Shown one piece after another: positions 45,998 to 47,939 of a stretch of DNA of 47,939 nt. Both the position numbers and the translations under genes were made by a program. The notes under the pieces are model-generated. The model did no database searches and was not told the DNA's origin. It saw nothing but the letters and a program-made list of their open reading frames with translations. The DNA lies in the NCBI GenBank assembly GCA_038087875.1, contig JAXLNO010005421.1:1-47939 (forward strand), read 5' to 3'. Each line of letters starts with the position of its first letter. The first letter of the stretch is position 1. The DNA comes from Malacoraja senta. Taxonomy: Eukaryota.

Positions 45998-47939
45998 ATA
46001 TATACAACTAAAAGCCTCATCTAGTATGTATGTTCCCGAAATACCACCAAAACGGTACACGATAGCGCATCAATTTTAGGGGCTCCTTGCCTGTGATGTG
46101 CAGTATCAAGTTTTGTTATATTTTACAAAGTAATTCACTTTATAAACTTTAGTGAACTTTATTCTGTGAACGGGACAAGTTTCAACGTGTCAGTCGCGCC
46201 TGCGCAGTGCGCTCCCACTTGCCTGGCCCGTTAGCCACGTTGGGGAGGTTTGCCGGGCCCGGTATCTGCGCGTGCGTAGTTGGGGGAGTGTTGGGGATCT
46301 ACTACTTCTATGCGAACTTGGCTGGTGTCACAACAGAGACCCAACGGGACGTGGCACCCGCGTCTGTGCGTGCGCTCCCACTTGCAGGGCCCGTCAGCCA
46401 CGCCTGCGCAGTTGTTGGGTTGCCGGGCCATGTATCCGAGGGTTGCCGGGCCATGTGTTATTTGAAATAACCTAAGTCTCGAGGATCTCCGAAATAATAT
46501 TCCCGAAATACAGCCAAAACGGTATTTATTTTTAATCATAAAATAAACATCGCCATTTTCATCTAATACTTCCGTGTTCATTAATAGATAAAATTGTGTT
46601 TAGAAGTTTATAAACATCTACATTCTGTTAAATATCTATCTCTTTTTACAGCATGCCAAAGAGAAAACAACATGCAGGATGGTCAAGGCACAACCGAACG
46701 GCACTTCGAGATGCAACAAGGAAAAGAAGGGCACAAGAGACTCCACATGAAAGAGCTGAAAAAAATAAACGTAAAAAAACTGCACATCTCAGGAAGCAAC
46801 AAGAAAGAGAGCGAGACAGAAGGAATGAAGATCGCCACGAAAGAGCGCGAAACAGAACGTATGTTCCCAAAATACAGCCATAACGGTACACGAAAGTGCA
46901 CCAATTTTAGGGGCGCCTTATACATCACTGCACTCCGCAGGCGAATATCAAGTTTTGTTATATTTTTAAAGTAATTCACTTTATAAACTTGAAAGAACTT
47001 TTTACTGTGAATGGGACAGTTTCAACGTGGCGGTCGCGCCTGCGCACTGCGCTCCCACTTGCTGGGTTCATCAGTTGGGGAGGGGTGCCAGGCTCAGTAT
47101 CCCCACGTGCGCAGTTTGGGCAGGGTTGTCTGGCCTGCCGGCGGCGCGCCTGTGCAGTGCGCTCCCACTTGCCGGGCCTGTCTACCGCGCCTGCGCAGTT
47201 GGGGAACGGTTGTCGCACCCAGCGAAATTTTCAGATCGCCAATTTGATCTAATACTTCCGTGTGTACTTCACTGGTGCAGAACGGGGACTCAACGGTACG
47301 TGGCAGTTGCGCCTAGGCAAGGCGATCCCATTTGCTGGGCCTGTCGACCGTGCCGGCGCAGTTGAGGGAGGGTTGCCAGGCCCGGTATTTGCACGTGCGG
47401 AATTTGAAATAACTGAATGTCTCGAGGATCTCCGAGAAAGAATGTTCCCGAAATACAGCCAAAATGGTTTTTATTTATAATCATAAAATAAACGTTGTCA
47501 TTTTCATCTGATACTTCCGCGTTCATTAATAGATAACATTGTGTTTAGAAGTTTATAAATATCGACATCATCATAAATATTTATCTTTTTTTTACAGCAC
47601 GCTACGAAGAGGGATAAAACGAAAAGCAGGATTGTCAAGGAACGATGCAAAGAGACATCGAGGTGCAGCAAGGAGCAGAACGGAACAAGAGATGCAACAA
47701 AAAGAACTGAACGTCTCAGGGTTCAACGAGAAAGATTGCGAAACAGGAGAAAAAGAGGTAAAAAGAAAGAACTGAATGTCTCGAGGATCTCCATGAAAGA
47801 ACGCAAAACGGAATGTATGTTTACCAAAATACAGCCAAATACATTGTACATGATAGAACAATTTTAGGGCGCCTTACTCAACATTCGCCTGTGGTGTGCA
47901 GTATCAAGTTCTGTTATATTTTAAAAGTAATTCACTTTA
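45998..47939 (+). mobile_element. Tandem array of Helitron-derived units
   Basis: Units restart at ~46030, ~46860 and ~47816 (TATGTTCCC.AAATAC..CCAAAACGGTACACGA); each has TTTTACAG followed by a basic, charged ORF (MPKRKQ..RAQETPHER) resembling RepHel N-termini. Confidence 0.55.

Overview
Eukaryotic (vertebrate) DNA made almost entirely of nested transposable elements. The HE1-like V-SINEs, HER1-like CR1 LINEs and Penelope fragments suggest a cartilaginous fish such as a skate or ray (inference). No host gene could be named. 1.8-20.4 kb is a decayed, env-less, epsilon-like endogenous retrovirus (ERV-A). Its pol has a 2H-phosphoesterase-like domain between PR and RT. Its 5' LTR is missing and its 3' LTR abuts the integrase remnant of an older relative (ERV-B). 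ERV-A has been hit by two inverted copies of a 9-bp-TSD DNA transposon, an L2 tail, an in-frame 51-bp CR1 tail and a 5'-truncated L1 (10-bp TSD). That L1 carries a very young CR1 with an uninterrupted 869-aa ORF. A local duplication copied gag plus part of the L1 before the CR1 arrived, so the order of events can be read. The block lies between two inverted paralogous CpG-island/first-exon-like segments (801-1682 and 24067-25054). The right half holds a decayed piggyBac remnant, CR1/Rex1/Penelope fragments, hammerhead-like motifs, hAT elements with 5-bp TSDs and internal palindromes, a non-coding LTR element nested in a Harbinger MITE, a TTAGGG-capped foldback and a tandem Helitron-derived array. 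Family assignments come from motif recognition by eye, not database searches.
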